Of a stretch of DNA of 64,000 nt, positions 1 through 13,964 are shown piece after piece. The notes below the pieces were generated by a model. The model was not told the DNA's origin. It saw only the letters and a list, made by a program, of their open reading frames with translations, and did not search any database. Each line of letters begins with the position of its first letter. The stretch's first letter is position 1. The position numbers and the translations under genes are program-made. Origin of the DNA: Octopus vulgaris (lineage: Eukaryota); assembly GCA_951406725.2 (NCBI GenBank), contig OX597814.1, forward strand, positions 201,500,001-201,564,000. The letters are read 5' to 3'.

Positions 1-329
1 GAAACCAAGACATTTGTACTCAAAGCCAGAGCCAGTTTCAGCTGGGTTGGTAACAAAAGGGTTAAGTGAGAGAAAACAAGGTGGGAAGAGTGGACTCAGT
101 ACAGAATTTCAGTCTTTGAATTGCAAATAAATGGATGAATTATGTCTAGATTCCTTAGATGGAATAATGCTTAGATTCAAGGCTAAACAAGCAAAGGACT
201 GTTTTAAGCTGCAATGGAACTTTAAAGAAAAAGAGAGAGAAATAAAGAATATAAAGACAAGCAGTCTATGTTTCTGTTTTCTATAAAAACCTGGCACGAA
301 AGAGTTATGTATGGTCTCATATATGAACG

Positions 330-1248
330 TATTGTGTCTTCCCATAGATAATGCGGTTTTTTTAGATTTCTTTTATTTTTCAAAATTAAGATAAACAAAG
401 AACTTTTTTGATCTAAAATATACTCTCCTTCATTTTCTACAATTTTCTTCCATCTATCCGGTAGACTTGTAAGGCCTCATTTCCAAAATTCACTTGTCTG
501 TGATGAAAAATACTCCTCCAGTACTGTTCTGACCTCATCTACAGAATTCATATTTTTTCTGTCCAAATGATTATGAAGACTGTGGAATAAATGATAATCA
601 GATGGGGCAATGTCTGGTGAATATGGTGGGTGGGGGCATCATTTCTCATTCAAACTGCTCCAGCCTTTGGAATGTCATCCTTGTTGTACGTGGTCAAGTA
701 TTATCCTGATGAAAGAACACCTTTCGTTTTGAAGCCAAAGATGGTCATTTTCTGATGGCATGCAGGTGCTGATGACAGGCTGAATGGGTAAATCCAAGCT
801 TCTCTGCTAGTTTCTCAACAGATACGATATGATTTTGTCCCACCAGGGTTTGCAGGACGTCCTCATCGAGCTCTGCAGATCTTCCAGGATGAGACTCATC
901 TTCTAGGCTGTAGTTTCCGGCTCAGAATTTGTGGCACCACCATTGACACTGGCTTATGCCTATTACCCAATCTCCGTAGACTGCATTAATATTCCTCACA
1001 CTTATTTCCTTTATTGAACTCACAAAGCAAAATATGCCAAATATGCTCCTTTGTCACTTCCATTATAACTTTAAAAAAACAACTGTTAAGATCGAACTGC
1101 ACTCTTCAAAACTTGCACTAAGAATAAGTACAAGGTAAAATCACTACCGACTTTTATAGCAAGTTGATGCAGGTAGTTTATCCCATCTCCCTCCGAATTT
1201 TAGTTCATGCGATTGAAAAAACCGCATTATTTATGGGATGAACCAATA
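330..1248 (-). mobile_element. Mariner DNA transposon, internally deleted and decayed
   Basis: TIRs tattgtgtcttcccatagataatgcggtttttt (330) and aaaaaaccgcattatttatgggatgaaccaata (ends 1248) with terminal TA; minus-strand remnants VFFHQDN and PHPPYSPDIAPSDYHLF. Confidence 0.9.
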
Positions 1249-1855
1249 TTTTATGTCTTTTCGCTTGTTAGAATATAATGATAAATGAATAATATATTGT
1301 TATGGAAAATAATGTTCACCCATTTAACTTTTAATGTGTACTTCTAGTGTGTTGTAAGCACCAAAGGCTTAAAAGGACCAAGTTTAATTTTTATTAGTTT
1401 AAGAGTCTAAAAACAATCAATTTTCCAAACAACACATTTTATTCACTGTTTGTTTTTCCTTCTTAATGTAACAACAACAATGCTGTACCTATTTCTTTTT
1501 TGCTATGTTTGAAAGGAAAAGTAAGTTTGTTAATTAAACAAAGACACCAAAGAATGCGATTCCGCATCCCGTAATGGAGAATCAATAACGGTTCATGACA
1601 TACCCCAATTTATAATTAGTATGGCATTACATCTTTTTCATGTCTTTACGTCAAACTCAACCAAATAAGATGTCTAAAAGTTAAATTAAGAAACCCTAGA
1701 TATTTCGTTCTTACTATGATGAATAGTAAAAACAAAACGGGAAATTTCTAGATGCAAAAATTTATACAATTTCTTATTCAAATAACTCTGGCTTTCTCTC
1801 TGTTTATCTGTCTGTTTGTTTGTGTGTGTGTGTCTTTCTCACTCATACTATATCT

Positions 1856-1856
1856 T

Positions 1857-1936
<80 letters not shown>

Positions 1937-2027
1937 AATATATATATATATCTGTATATCTATCTATCAGTATATCTATCTGTCTATCAATCTGTCTGTC
2001 GGTTTATCTATCTACCTACTAACCTAC

Positions 2028-2110
<83 letters not shown>

Positions 2111-2137
2111 GCTAGCTAGCTATTTATCTATCTATAC

Positions 2138-2178
<41 letters not shown>

Positions 2179-2573
2179 CGTGTGTGTGTGAGTGTGTGTG
2201 CGTGTATGTGTGTATATATATCTTTGTGTAATTAGTTATTAGCCTTAAACATTGAGTTACACACAAACAACGTAAATGAAACGAAATAAATTTCATTAGA
2301 TAACTGTGTGTGTGTGTACTTATATGTATATATACACACACACATAAATACATACACTCGTTTATATATATACATTTATCTATGTATATATGTATACATG
2401 TATATGTATGTATGTATATCTATGTTTGTACATGTGTGTGTCTGTGTATGTATGTGTGTGTGTGTATGTATGTATGTATGTATGTATGTATGTATGTATG
2501 TATGTATGTATGTATGTATGTATGTATGTATGTATGTATATCTATGTTCGTACATGTGTGTGTATGTATGTGT

Positions 2574-2646
<73 letters not shown>

Positions 2647-2650
2647 TACC
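1856..2650. repeat. Compound microsatellite (TATC)n/(TA)n/(TG)n/(TATG)n
   Basis: Directly visible simple repeats. Confidence 0.95.
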
Positions 2651-3024
2651 ATAGAAATCTGTCAAATTCATAAAAGTTTTGTGTTTTCTGTTGCCAAGAA
2701 ATGTTTTTCTTTCCTTCTTCTTCATTTCTCACCATACAACCATTTCAATGGATGTAACTTGTCCATATGAACAATATTTACAACAATGCCATTTTAATTT
2801 ATGCATTTCCACCATTGTACCAAGTGAGAAACATTTTATTACTAAGTAGACACAGAAAAATGACCAACAAAACAGCTAATACTCTGTATTAGTGCCTGGT
2901 TAAGTTGGAAAATATCAGATACAAGAATAGATAATGTTTTGAACTCTAGATTTATAAATGTTGCCATGTAACGTTAATTAAATATTGATTTGTCTCAAAA
3001 TGCACAGGGCCAAAAATGATTGAA

Positions 3025-3403
3025 TATCGAGCACCATACGAGTGTGATCGTTGACAGAGCGGCTAACCGGCTTCCATGCCAGTGGCACATAAAAGAGCGC
3101 CATTTGAGCATGATCGTTACCAACATCGCCTTTCTGGCACCTGTGCTGGTGGCATGTGTAAAAAGATTTGAGCGAAGTCGTTGCCAGTGCTGCCTGACTG
3201 GCCCCTGTACCAGTGGCACGTGAAAAATCACCCACTACACTCTCGGAGTGGTTGGCGTTAGGAATGGCATCCAGCTGTAGAAACTCTGCCAGATCAAGAT
3301 TGAAACCTGGTGCAGCCTCCTGGTTTGCCAGTCCTCAGTCAAATCGTCCAACCCATGCTAGCCTGGAAAGCGGACGTTAAACGATGATGATGATGATGAT
3401 GAT
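3025..3403 (+). mobile_element. RTE-like LINE 3' end with (GAT)n tail (multi-copy family)
   Basis: cacccactacactctcggagtggttggcgttagg...ggaaagcggacgttaaacgatgatgat; related copies at ~4268(-), 13390, 26935, 30400, 33550, 46643(-), 53058(-), 56262, 56565, 58330, 59290, 60140(-). Confidence 0.7.
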
Positions 3404-3412
3404 CTACCAGTA

Positions 3413-3756
3413 TACAAGGACTTGCTGAAAAGTTCCTGGATTTTGGTAAAAGAAAATACATAGAATAAGTACTAGGCTTAAAAAGATTAAGTCCTGGGGT
3501 CGATATGGTCGACTAAAGGTGGTGCTCCAGCATGGCCACAGTCAAATGACTGAAACAAGAAAAAGATTAAAAGAAAATACAGAACGATCAGTTAACTATG
3601 ATTTTATTCAACATATTCAAATTTCAAATTTCACACTCTTATCGCAGTGGTCCTTCAGTTTTTCTAATCCCTGTAAACAAACTCCGAAGGTTAGGTCTCC
3701 AACCAGGCTTTTCACGTTACCCTTAAAGCCAGGAAACTTTTCAGTACAGCCTCGTA
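3413..3756. mobile_element. Mariner-type MITE containing a 5'-truncated SINE insertion
   Basis: Imperfect TIRs tacaaggacttgctgaaaagttcctgg / ccaggaaacttttcagtacagcctcgta; SINE tail 3461-3567 flanked by 14-bp direct repeat taaaagaaaataca (TSD). Confidence 0.7.
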
Positions 3757-4875
3757 TGTTTAGTACTCATTAGTCAAGTGGGTTTTGCATTTTACCAGGC
3801 AGGTAACCAGGAAGATGGTTAAGACAGATGGCATAGATAGGTGACAGGAACCTCTGTTGCCACAAATATAGCACAATTGTTTCGATTTATGTTGGACAGA
3901 CTACCTGTTGTAGCAATAGTTTGCCATAAACTCCAAGCAGTATCTCTTTTCCAGTATGTAATTATTGTTATTTTTTACCCGTGAAAAGCCAACACAGTTT
4001 GTCATTATGTGCGATAATAAAATCTGTTAAATGCTCATTAGTGTTGTTCAGTTAATTCTACATGCAACCCAAGAAACGTGTTTGCATCTATAAACTCAGC
4101 CAGTCACCACCACAACAGATCAACGACCATAGGCCACAACATTCAAAGTGGTTTTGGTAACTTGGTCTTGGCAAGTTCCAATGAAAAAGGAACCACGTGT
4201 GGTGTTTAATCACCCAGAGTTTTGATTCATTTCTTGTGCTTCTGATTCACTGGGTTAGTGCATCATTCATCATCATCATCATCATCGTCGTCATCTTTTA
4301 ACGTCCACTTTCCATACTGGCATGGGTTGTATGGTTTGACTGAGGACTGGTGAGCCAGAAGGCTACACAAGATTCCAATCTGATCTGGCAAAGTTTCTAC
4401 AGCTGGATGTCCTTCTTAATGCCAACCACCTCGAGAGTGTAGCAGGTGCTTTTTACGTGCCACTGGCGTGAGGGCCAGTCAAGTAAACCACTACTTGGCT
4501 CTCCTGTCAATTGTCTTCTCACCTTATCTTGTTGAAAAATGTTTAGCATATCAGTTTTGTCTTGTAAAACAATTATCAACATTCTGAGTGTCTTGAAAGA
4601 GACAGAGTCAACATTCGCATCCGGAATGGATGGTCTGCCTGATAATACAGAAATACCACGTCTTCAAAGACCTATGAGGTCTGCCAAAACGATGTGTGAA
4701 AACCGCTTATGGTGGTGCCACAAAAAACGCACCCAGTACACCCTGCAAAATGATTGGTATTAGGAAGAACATCCAGCTGTAGAAACAGACGATGAAACCA
4801 AGAGCAGCTTCTTGGCCTTGCCAGCACCTCCTGCCAAACTGTCTAACTTGAGCCAGCATGGAAAGCAGATGTTAA

Positions 4876-4892
4876 ATGATGATGATGACGAA

Positions 4893-4953
<61 letters not shown>

Positions 4954-4957
4954 GCGG

Positions 4958-5010
<53 letters not shown>

Positions 5011-5071
5011 GTGATGATGACGGTGATGATGATGATGATGATGATGATGACGGTAATGATGATGATGATGG

Positions 5072-5143
<72 letters not shown>

Positions 5144-5184
5144 CGGTGATGATGATGATGATGATGCTGATGATGATGACGGTG

Positions 5185-5216
<32 letters not shown>

Positions 5217-5226
5217 GATGATGATA
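4876..5226. repeat. (GAT)n microsatellite, expanded retroelement tail
   Basis: Long imperfect GAT run following ...gcatggaaagcagatgttaaat. Confidence 0.95.
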
Positions 5227-5639
5227 ACGACTTTTGAAAACAGCTATGACGCAAACTAAAAATGTGAAGAATACCAGCAGCACTCATAAACGCGAATCTA
5301 CAACCCCGAGAACTATGTAACCTTGTGAACAGAGACTGACTCGGACGAGTTGAATCAGAATCCATGAAGGATATATGGGAAATAAACTTACTCGGGTTTG
5401 ATGCTTTGAGAGAAGCCAACTCCGTCATAAAGAGATTGTCACATGGGTATGATGATGATTATGATGTTGATGGTGATGGTGATGATGATGGTGATGATGA
5501 TGATGATGGTGATGATAATAATGATGGTGATAATGATGATGAGGATGATAATGATGAGATTGGTGGTGGTGGTGGTGGTGGTGGGGGTAATGAAGAAAAA
5601 AATAATAATAATAACAATAATAATAATAATAATAATAAA

Positions 5640-6600
5640 AGTTTGCTACCAAAACAATAAAGTTTGCTTATTGATCGACATGAGCATCCCCTGTGATCAT
5701 ATCTCAGCGAAAGAGTTTGACAAGCTCAGAAAATATAAAGACCTACTCATTGAAATTGAGAAAATGTGGCATCTCAAGGCGGTTACAATACCAGTGATCG
5801 TAGGAGCACTAGGAATGATCAAGAAGGGAACCGAAAATTATATGAGAATGATCCCTGGCTTACCATCCCTGCAAGAAGTGCAAAAGATTGTCTTAACTGG
5901 TACATCACACGTACTCAAGCTTCTTCTCCTTATCTCCTCAAAGACATACAGCACCTCGAAAGAGTCCAGAGGCTGGCTACCCGCATGGTTCATGGTCTCA
6001 AAAATTTGTCCTACGAAGTAAGGCTGAGGACACTCGACCTTTATTCTCTTGAAAAACGCCGCCGCCGTGGTGATCTGATTCTCGCCCACAACATCATAAG
6101 CGGGAAGTGTAACCTCTCGAAAGAGCTGTTCTTCACTCCTGCTCCGGAGCGTCGGCTGCGGGGTCATTCCGAAAAGCTCTACCTGCGACGATTTCATCTC
6201 AATCGAAGGAGAGGAGCTTTCTCCGTCCGGGTTGCGGATCCGTGGAACAAGCTGCCAGACGAGATGGTGAAGATGCCGACGACCGCTTTGTTCAAAGCCT
6301 CCCTGGACCTCAAGTGGCCTGAACTCTTTACATGAACACCACCCTGTACTTAACTCCATGTCCCCCTACATGGCCTTGCTATTTGCTTTTGAGCCAAATT
6401 AACTAACTAACTAACTAACTATTGAGAAGAGCATTGTCGATGTGAGAATTGTTGCTGCTCATGTATTTTAATTTAACTTAAAAAAAAAAATTAAAAAAAA
6501 TGAACGAACTATTGAGTTTGGTGTAATGGCCTACCAATGTATACTATGAGTTTCTTTGCCCTAGGAGTCGGGAAGACACTCGGCAAGAAATAGAAGCAAA
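5640..6600 (+). mobile_element. R4/Dong-clade LINE 3' fragment (restriction-like endonuclease C-terminus), interrupted by a CR1 copy
   Basis: CLLIDMSIP...KLRKYKDLLIEIEKMWHLKAVTIPVIVGALG...GTSHV, resuming LRRALSM* at ~6422; (AAT)n on both sides. Confidence 0.8.
5915..6421 (+). mobile_element. CR1-group LINE, 5'-truncated, (TAAC)n tail
   Basis: SPYLLKDIQHLERVQRLATRMV...LSYEVRLRTLDLYSLEKRRRRGDLI...FSVRVADPWNKLP; near-identical to 31321-32012. Confidence 0.9.
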
Positions 6601-6604
6601 TTTG

Positions 6605-7460
<856 letters not shown>

Positions 7461-8309
7461 ACACAGCTGCATGCAAGCGAATATCGTCGTTCCCTCGCCG
7501 TGCACGCATTTCTTCTTTCGATTCCAGGCGTGAGGTATAAATCTATTCAGCAGTGTCAATTAGTGGATGCATTGTGAAATGATTCGTTTGCAACCCAAGC
7601 TGCATGAAATACTTGACAGCTGAAGTTTTCACGAAAATCTCTAATTATATTCCTATATTACTTTTCAATGCGAAATAGCAGGGAGATATAAGATATATCT
7701 AGAATTACCTCATTCTATCTGGGAACCTGTGATTACTTGGAATATTTTTAAATTAGGAAGGAATTTTCGCTTTGAGAAGGATAGATTAAATATTTAGAGA
7801 AGTGGTTTGCATATGTCAAGTATAAGAAATTTCTAGATGTTTATAAAAGTTCTAGGAAGATAAATTCATTTTGTTGACCGCTAATGATGAGTTAGAGGAT
7901 AAAATGTATCTAGAAAGAGTTGAATTTGCTCAATTAGAAATATATAGACGTTTTGGCATGTCATGTTGGGTGCATTAGCTATTACATTATCAAGAATATT
8001 TAAAAAGAATTATCGAATGTTTTAACAATAGATGAACCAAAAGTGGTTGTACATCACGGTTAGCGAAGATTCAAAGAGATCTTTGAAGGCTTTGATGATA
8101 CAATATGATTCAGTTCCTGTTAGAAGTTTAAGAATTTGTAATCATCACGAAGGCAGTTACATAAAAAGTCCGTTTTATCTTTTAACCAAATTTACCATGT
8201 TACAAAGATATACTTTGTACTTAACTTTGCAGAATGGTTTTTAGAGAAAAATCTTCAGCTTTGATATACATTTTCTAATTTTGCATTGTTTTTTTAGTTA
8301 TTGTTGTAA

Positions 8310-8882
8310 TATTGGGTTGTCCGGAGAGTTCGTGTCGATTTTTAAAGGAAAGAAAAAGGTCAATAAATACTTGCCATTACATTTTTAATCAACCAAATAT
8401 GAACCATTTTGTTGCACAATGCGTCTCCATCTTTTCTTTTACTTGAAAATACTCTCTTCTCAGAATTGAGGTGGTTTCATGGCAAAGAATTCATCAAGAT
8501 ATCTTTTTACGTCATCCAAGGAATTGAAATTTTTACTATTAAGACTATTCTGCAGAGACCTGAATAAGTGGAAATTCGAAGGAGGAGCAACATCTGGTGA
8601 ATATGGAGGGTGGGGTAACACAACACAGCCGAGCTGCAGCAATTTTGGTCTGGTTCCCAAAGCATCAAGTGCCGAAAATGAACTTTCTTATCTTCCAATT
8701 TAAAGGGTTACAGAATTAACACAGGTTATAGGGACATAAACCTTCTTCCAGGAAAAGATAGCTTAAACTGTGCTCTAAATGGAGGTGTAGTCAAATCTTA
8801 TTTTATGGACTCAACCATGTTCTAAAATAAGTCGAAATGTAAGCTGCTATAAATCGACGAGAACTTTCCGGACAACCCAATA
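8310..8882 (-). mobile_element. Mariner internal-deletion derivative (573 bp)
   Basis: TIRs tattgggttgtccggagagttc / gaactttccggacaacccaata; N-terminus xEDKKVHFRHLML joined to C-terminal LPHPPYSPDVAP..FHLFRSLQNSL. Confidence 0.92.
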
Positions 8883-9084
8883 CATACCAGTTTACTAATT
8901 GCTGGGAGGGACACCGCATTTCGTTGTTCAATCACAATATGCTACAAAGTATATTAAAGGCTTACCAGTCACTGTGTCCTACCTGCATTAGCAGTGCTGT
9001 TCAATCAGTGTTAACGTTATCTACAGATTATCAATAGAAACTAGAGTTCGCACTGAATGCCATGTTTTCTATACAAGTACATCA

Positions 9085-9695
9085 TGAGGACAGGAAGTAA
9101 GCCACAGATTGGGACAAGTGATAATCAAAGGGAGATATTCTTCTGAAATCCTAACGTGCAGAAACAGTGGTTAAAAAAGGGCCAGCTTCCAGAACTTTTT
9201 GCCAAACAGGGGAACTTCGGACACAACATGATGTTCAATATTTGATGGAACTATGAGAAGATAATTCACTACAAGTTCGTTCTGGATGGTCGAACCATTG
9301 ATGCCAACCTCTACTCCGAACAGCTGGAGCAGATGTATGCCACTGTGTGGCGAAAATATCCGGCATTGGATAAGAGAAAGCGAGCTCTTCAGCAGCAAGA
9401 CATTGCAAGACCTCACACTGCTCGAACGACCCAGAAAAAATTCCAGGAACTTGAGGGAATTGAACCGATGCAACACCCAACATATAGTCTGGACCTAGCT
9501 CCCTCAGATTATTACTTGTTACGATCCATGGCTGACTTTTTGCGCTCACTATGTTTCATCAAGAGGAACTGCAAGCTTCAGTGAAGGAGTTAATCGCCTT
9601 GAAAAAAGACAAGAACTGGTATGAGTATGGAATCAAAGAACAGGCAGAAAGATGGCTTCAGACCATACAACATGGTGGCCCCTACTTTGAGTAAT
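9085..9695 (+). mobile_element. Mariner transposase pseudogene fragment (catalytic domain)
   Basis: TIDANLYSEQL, QQDIARPHTA, HPTYSLDLAPSDYYL motifs with stops. Confidence 0.85.
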
Positions 9696-9759
9696 AAGCA
9701 CCATTTATTGTAGCATCATGGATACAGTAAATAAGTTACCAGAACATTATTTACAGTTG

Positions 9760-9896
9760 ACAGATATTTGTCCTCATCTTATTTGTTGTTAACACAACGT
9801 TTCGGCTGATATACCCTCCAGCCTTCATCAGGTGTCTTGGGAAAATTTCGAACCTGGGTTCTCATTCCTAAAGTATTTTTCGATGTAATTATTATT
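9760..9896 (-). mobile_element. Solo Penelope pseudo-LTR fragment
   Basis: Matches the 3' terminal region of the PLE at 52275-52440; contains a hammerhead motif. Confidence 0.8.
9792..9835 (-). ncRNA. Minimal type I hammerhead ribozyme motif
   Basis: Minus strand ACAC-CUGAUGA-A-GGCUG(gaggguauau)CAGCC-GAAA-CG-UU-GUGU: stem I, stem II, palindromic minimal stem III. Confidence 0.8.
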
Positions 9897-10669
9897 AATT
9901 TGCCTTTTATCCTTTCGGGGTCGATAAATTAAGTACCAGTTGCATACTAAGGTCGAACTAATCGACTGCCCCCCTCCTCCAAAATTTCGAGTCTTGTGCC
10001 TAGAAGAGAAACGAATAAGTAAAATGATGATGAAGTCAGTCTTCAAAGCAGTGTTTTTTTGTGTTTTTCTCTTAATCTTCAATATATCTAAGTGACTTTT
10101 TACTACGACTTTTAAGATCAGATAAGCCTAAGATGATATACTTTATTTATTTATAAATTATCTGTCAATAGATTATCAAGATATAAGATAAAGACATACA
10201 GCGTATTAGAAATTATTTCAGAATCTGCCACAAGGCAGAGAAACCATGGTGTAACCCACTATGGTGTGGTAAACTTTCAGACCCTAGACTAGATTGTGAA
10301 TCCTCTGTACACCAGGATGGTTCGGCTCTCCACCCATTAAAAAGCCACAGTCTATCGCATGTGGTGGGTGGATCTTCAAGTTGCCACACACATTCTTAGT
10401 AGCTTAGAGTAGGCTCGAATTAGAGATTATTCTTTGTAGGTAATGGCATGAGTCCTGATTGGAAGAAGAAGAACAACAACCAGCAACATCGACAACCATA
10501 GGAGAGGTGACAGTAGCACTTCAAGTAGCAGCGACAACAATACCAGCAGTTACAGCGGTAGAAGCAACACCAAATTTGCAGCCAGAAAGACCAGAATCCC
10601 CAGAATCATGCCTAGGAATATCAGCATCAGCAGCGGCACCAGCAACAACAACAACACCATCAGACCCGG

Positions 10670-11290
10670 AGTTAACGAAAGCTACATTGGCGGTGGTAGC
10701 ACATCCATTATACAGATACGAAAATGTCGGTTCAACCGTGCCCTTGTTTAAGTGATGTCTGAACAAGCACAAGTCCTCTTTTAGGATGTCGGAAAAGCAC
10801 AACATCACGTCCCAGGGCAGCCACGTATGGCATTTGAAAGAGGAAGAAACCTCATACACAATTAAATGAGAGCTCCTTGAACACCCAGAGGCTTATATAA
10901 ATGGGTGCCAACGATGTAAGTTTTGCCTGGCTGAGAAGGCAAGAATCCTAAAAAACTCGCTTGACGTGGGGATCTTTCTCAACTCCAGGAAAGAAGAATT
11001 CCATCAATGCCCTCACATAAAACATTTCCTACTTCAGGCTTATAGTTGAATAGTTATGCCACAGTTACTTCGAGTATCACTATGGCTGGAGTCGAGGTAA
11101 GTGGGATAACCCCGTCCTGCTCATCCATGGCATGGACAATTATTCTTTGTTTACAAAACCAACTAACTGCTACATATATCTTCTTCCAGTTGTAGAGAGG
11201 TTGTTCACCTTCAGCCATTTGAGTCTGATGAGTTGGCAATACTATTAAGTACTTTATGGGTCAATGTACGACCTGTCAATCTATTTCTGG
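10670..11290 (+). mobile_element. Penelope-like GIY-YIG endonuclease pseudogene with 3' region
   Basis: KATL..YENVGSTVPLFK*CLNKHKSSF..HVWHLKE..YTIK*..CKFCLAEKARI..LNSRKE..CPH, the pattern of PLE endonuclease C-termini; decayed CTGATGA motif at 11225. Confidence 0.7.
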
Positions 11291-11315
11291 TGATAAATTT
11301 TAACTTTCCAAAATC

Positions 11316-11350
<35 letters not shown>

Positions 11351-12624
11351 TCATACACAAATCATAAAAACTCCCTAATAAAATAATGTCATGTCATTAC
11401 TTTTTCCATCATTGTAGAAATATTCAAGAGATTTTCAGATAACAACACACATATTTCTGTTAGAAGCTGTGACAATGCAATCAAAATCAAAGAACAAAAT
11501 TGGAAATTTGCAACTTTTGAATATTTTGGCAAGGATTTCTGTTGTTTAATAAGATATCTTTGAATATATTTTTTTCTTATTTCAGTTTTCCTTCCTAATT
11601 ATAATTTTAAATTTCCATTGATTTTCCTCGATTGAAGTTTGGTAGAGAATTAATACCAAAAGTAGAATGAATTGTGATAGGAAGAACTATAAGACAATTA
11701 TAATAGCAAGGAATCAAAACCAAATACACAAAAATACAGATAAAACAAACCAAAAAAAAAACACTAAGAAATTGTCAATAAATAAAAGAAAATGATTGAA
11801 AAGACATTAAGATTCTGAACTCTAAAGAAAAATGATTTAATTTGAATTTTTATTAGAATCATGTTATAGGGATTGATAAAATTTAAGACATTGTCAAAAA
11901 AATATTGTTTATTTGAAAAAAATTAAAAATGTTTCAATTTGGTAAAATATAACCTGAAGCTTATTGTTCACTATTTTCACCAAGCTGGGGTAATTGTCAG
12001 GAATAAGCTTGATGGTTATGAATATTTAATTCTATGTCTGAAATATTGGTAATGATATCAGGTGATATTGCTCTAAAAAAAAAGATATTTTGTGAAAAAC
12101 CTCATGTATTAAAACCTTTAATAATACTAAACAATACTGGTCTCAACCACAAACATTAAAATATTGGACCCTTTTTTAAACTTCTTTCCATTGAAACTCA
12201 CTATGTGGTAAGAAGGCAGCAAGCTGGCAGAAACATTAGCATGTCGGACAAAATGCTTAACAGAAATTCTTCCAGCTCTTTACATTCTGGGTTCAATTAC
12301 TACTGGAGTCAACTTTGCCTCTCACAAGTTTCAAAATGAGATAACTATTTTACTGAATTCTTAATCATTTTAATTTTTTATCTTTTACTTGTTTCAGTCA
12401 TTAGACTGCGGCCATGCTGGGGCACCATCTTGTGGAATTTTAATTGAATGAATCATCCCCAATACTTAGTTGCTTTTTAAACTTGGTATTTATTCTATCA
12501 GTCTGACTCGCTGAACTGCTAAGTTACATGGCTGTAAACACACCATCAAGTAACAGTGGGAGGATAAAAACAGACACAAGATCACACACATATAATATAT
12601 ACGTGTACACACATATATTATCCT

Positions 12625-12860
12625 GAGGTGGCGAGCTGGCAGAAACATTAGCATGTCGAACGAAATGCTTAGCAGTATTTCGTCTGCCGTTACGTTCTGA
12701 GTTAAAATTCCGCTGAGGTCAACTTTGCCTTTCATTCTTTCAGGGTTGATAAATTATGTACCAATTACGCACTGGGGTCGATCTAATCGACATAATCCAT
12801 TTGTCTGTCCTTGTTTGTCCCCTCTGTTTTTAGTCCCTTGTGGGCAATAAAGAAATAAGA
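12625..12860 (+). mobile_element. SINE family B (multi-copy)
   Basis: ggcgagctggcagaaacattagc...aattccgctgaggtcaactttgcctttcattctttcagggttgataaa...gtaccaattacgcactggggtcg; other copies at ~13020(-), 19722(-), 20890, 26490(-), 44195(-), 56045(-). Confidence 0.75.
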
Positions 12861-13652
12861 AGTTTGCTTCCCAACCACATGGTTCTGGGTTCAGTTCCAC
12901 TGCATGGCAATTTGGGTGCTTTCTACAATAGCCAGAGGCCAATCAAAGCCTTGTGAGTGGATCTGGTAGATAGAAACTAAAAAAAAAAGCCCATTGTATA
13001 TGTGTACACATATATATTTTTTTCTACTCTAGGCACAAGGCCCGAAATTTTGGGGGAGGGGACCAGTTGATTAGATCGACCCCAGTTCACAATTGGTAGG
13101 TAATTCATCGATCCTGAAAGGATGAAAAGCAGAGTTGACCTAGGTGGAATTTGAACTCAGAACATAAAGACAGACGAAATACTGCTAAGCGTTTCACCTG
13201 GCGTGCTAACGTTTCTGCCAGCTCGCCACCTTAGGACAATATATATATGTACACGTATATATTATATGTGTGTGTGATCTTGTGTCTGTGTTTATCCTCC
13301 CTCTGTTACTTGATGGTGTGCTTACAGCCATGTAACTAAGCAGTTCAGCAAGTCAGACCGATAGAATAAGTACCAAGTTTAAAAGACAAATGACCGAGAC
13401 CATTGGCATTATGTTGTGCTTGAGAAGAAAACCCATGAAGCTGAACAAAATTGCAGTCATAACAGACACTGGTGTCATGCAAATGGCACCCATACCAGTG
13501 TCACATAAAAGCATCCATTACACTCTTGGTGTTAGGAAGGGCATCTAGCCATAGAAACTATGCCAAGTCAGACTGAAGTCTGGCGCAACTTTCCAGCTTA
13601 CCAGCCTCAGTCAAACCGTCCAACACATACCAGCATGGACAATGGACATTAA

Positions 13653-13683
<31 letters not shown>

Positions 13684-13964
13684 CGTATATTGAGCTGATA
13701 AGCTTAGAATATTGGAAATAATTACCATGAAATGTGATATTTCAGAAATCAAAACTTGAATTTTTTTAAGGAGTAGTCTCTGAAATATACGTCGTCATCA
13801 TCATTATCATCATCATTTAATGTCCATACTCATGTCATCTTCAGTATTACTTTGACATTACATATTCCCAACTTATTAAATATTGATCTATAGGCACAGG
13901 TGCAGCTGTATGGTCAAAGAGCTTGGTTCCTAATCATGTAGTCTTGGGGTAAATCTCACTGATT

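Noticed and set aside
109-345. 78-aa ORF / possible terminal exon after a polypyrimidine tract
   Set aside because: ORF begins inside a mariner TIR; no independent support.
4760-5660. Poly-D/S/H/M ORFs
   Set aside because: (GAT)n microsatellite tails; the same applies to YI/CV/HT-repeat ORFs throughout the window.
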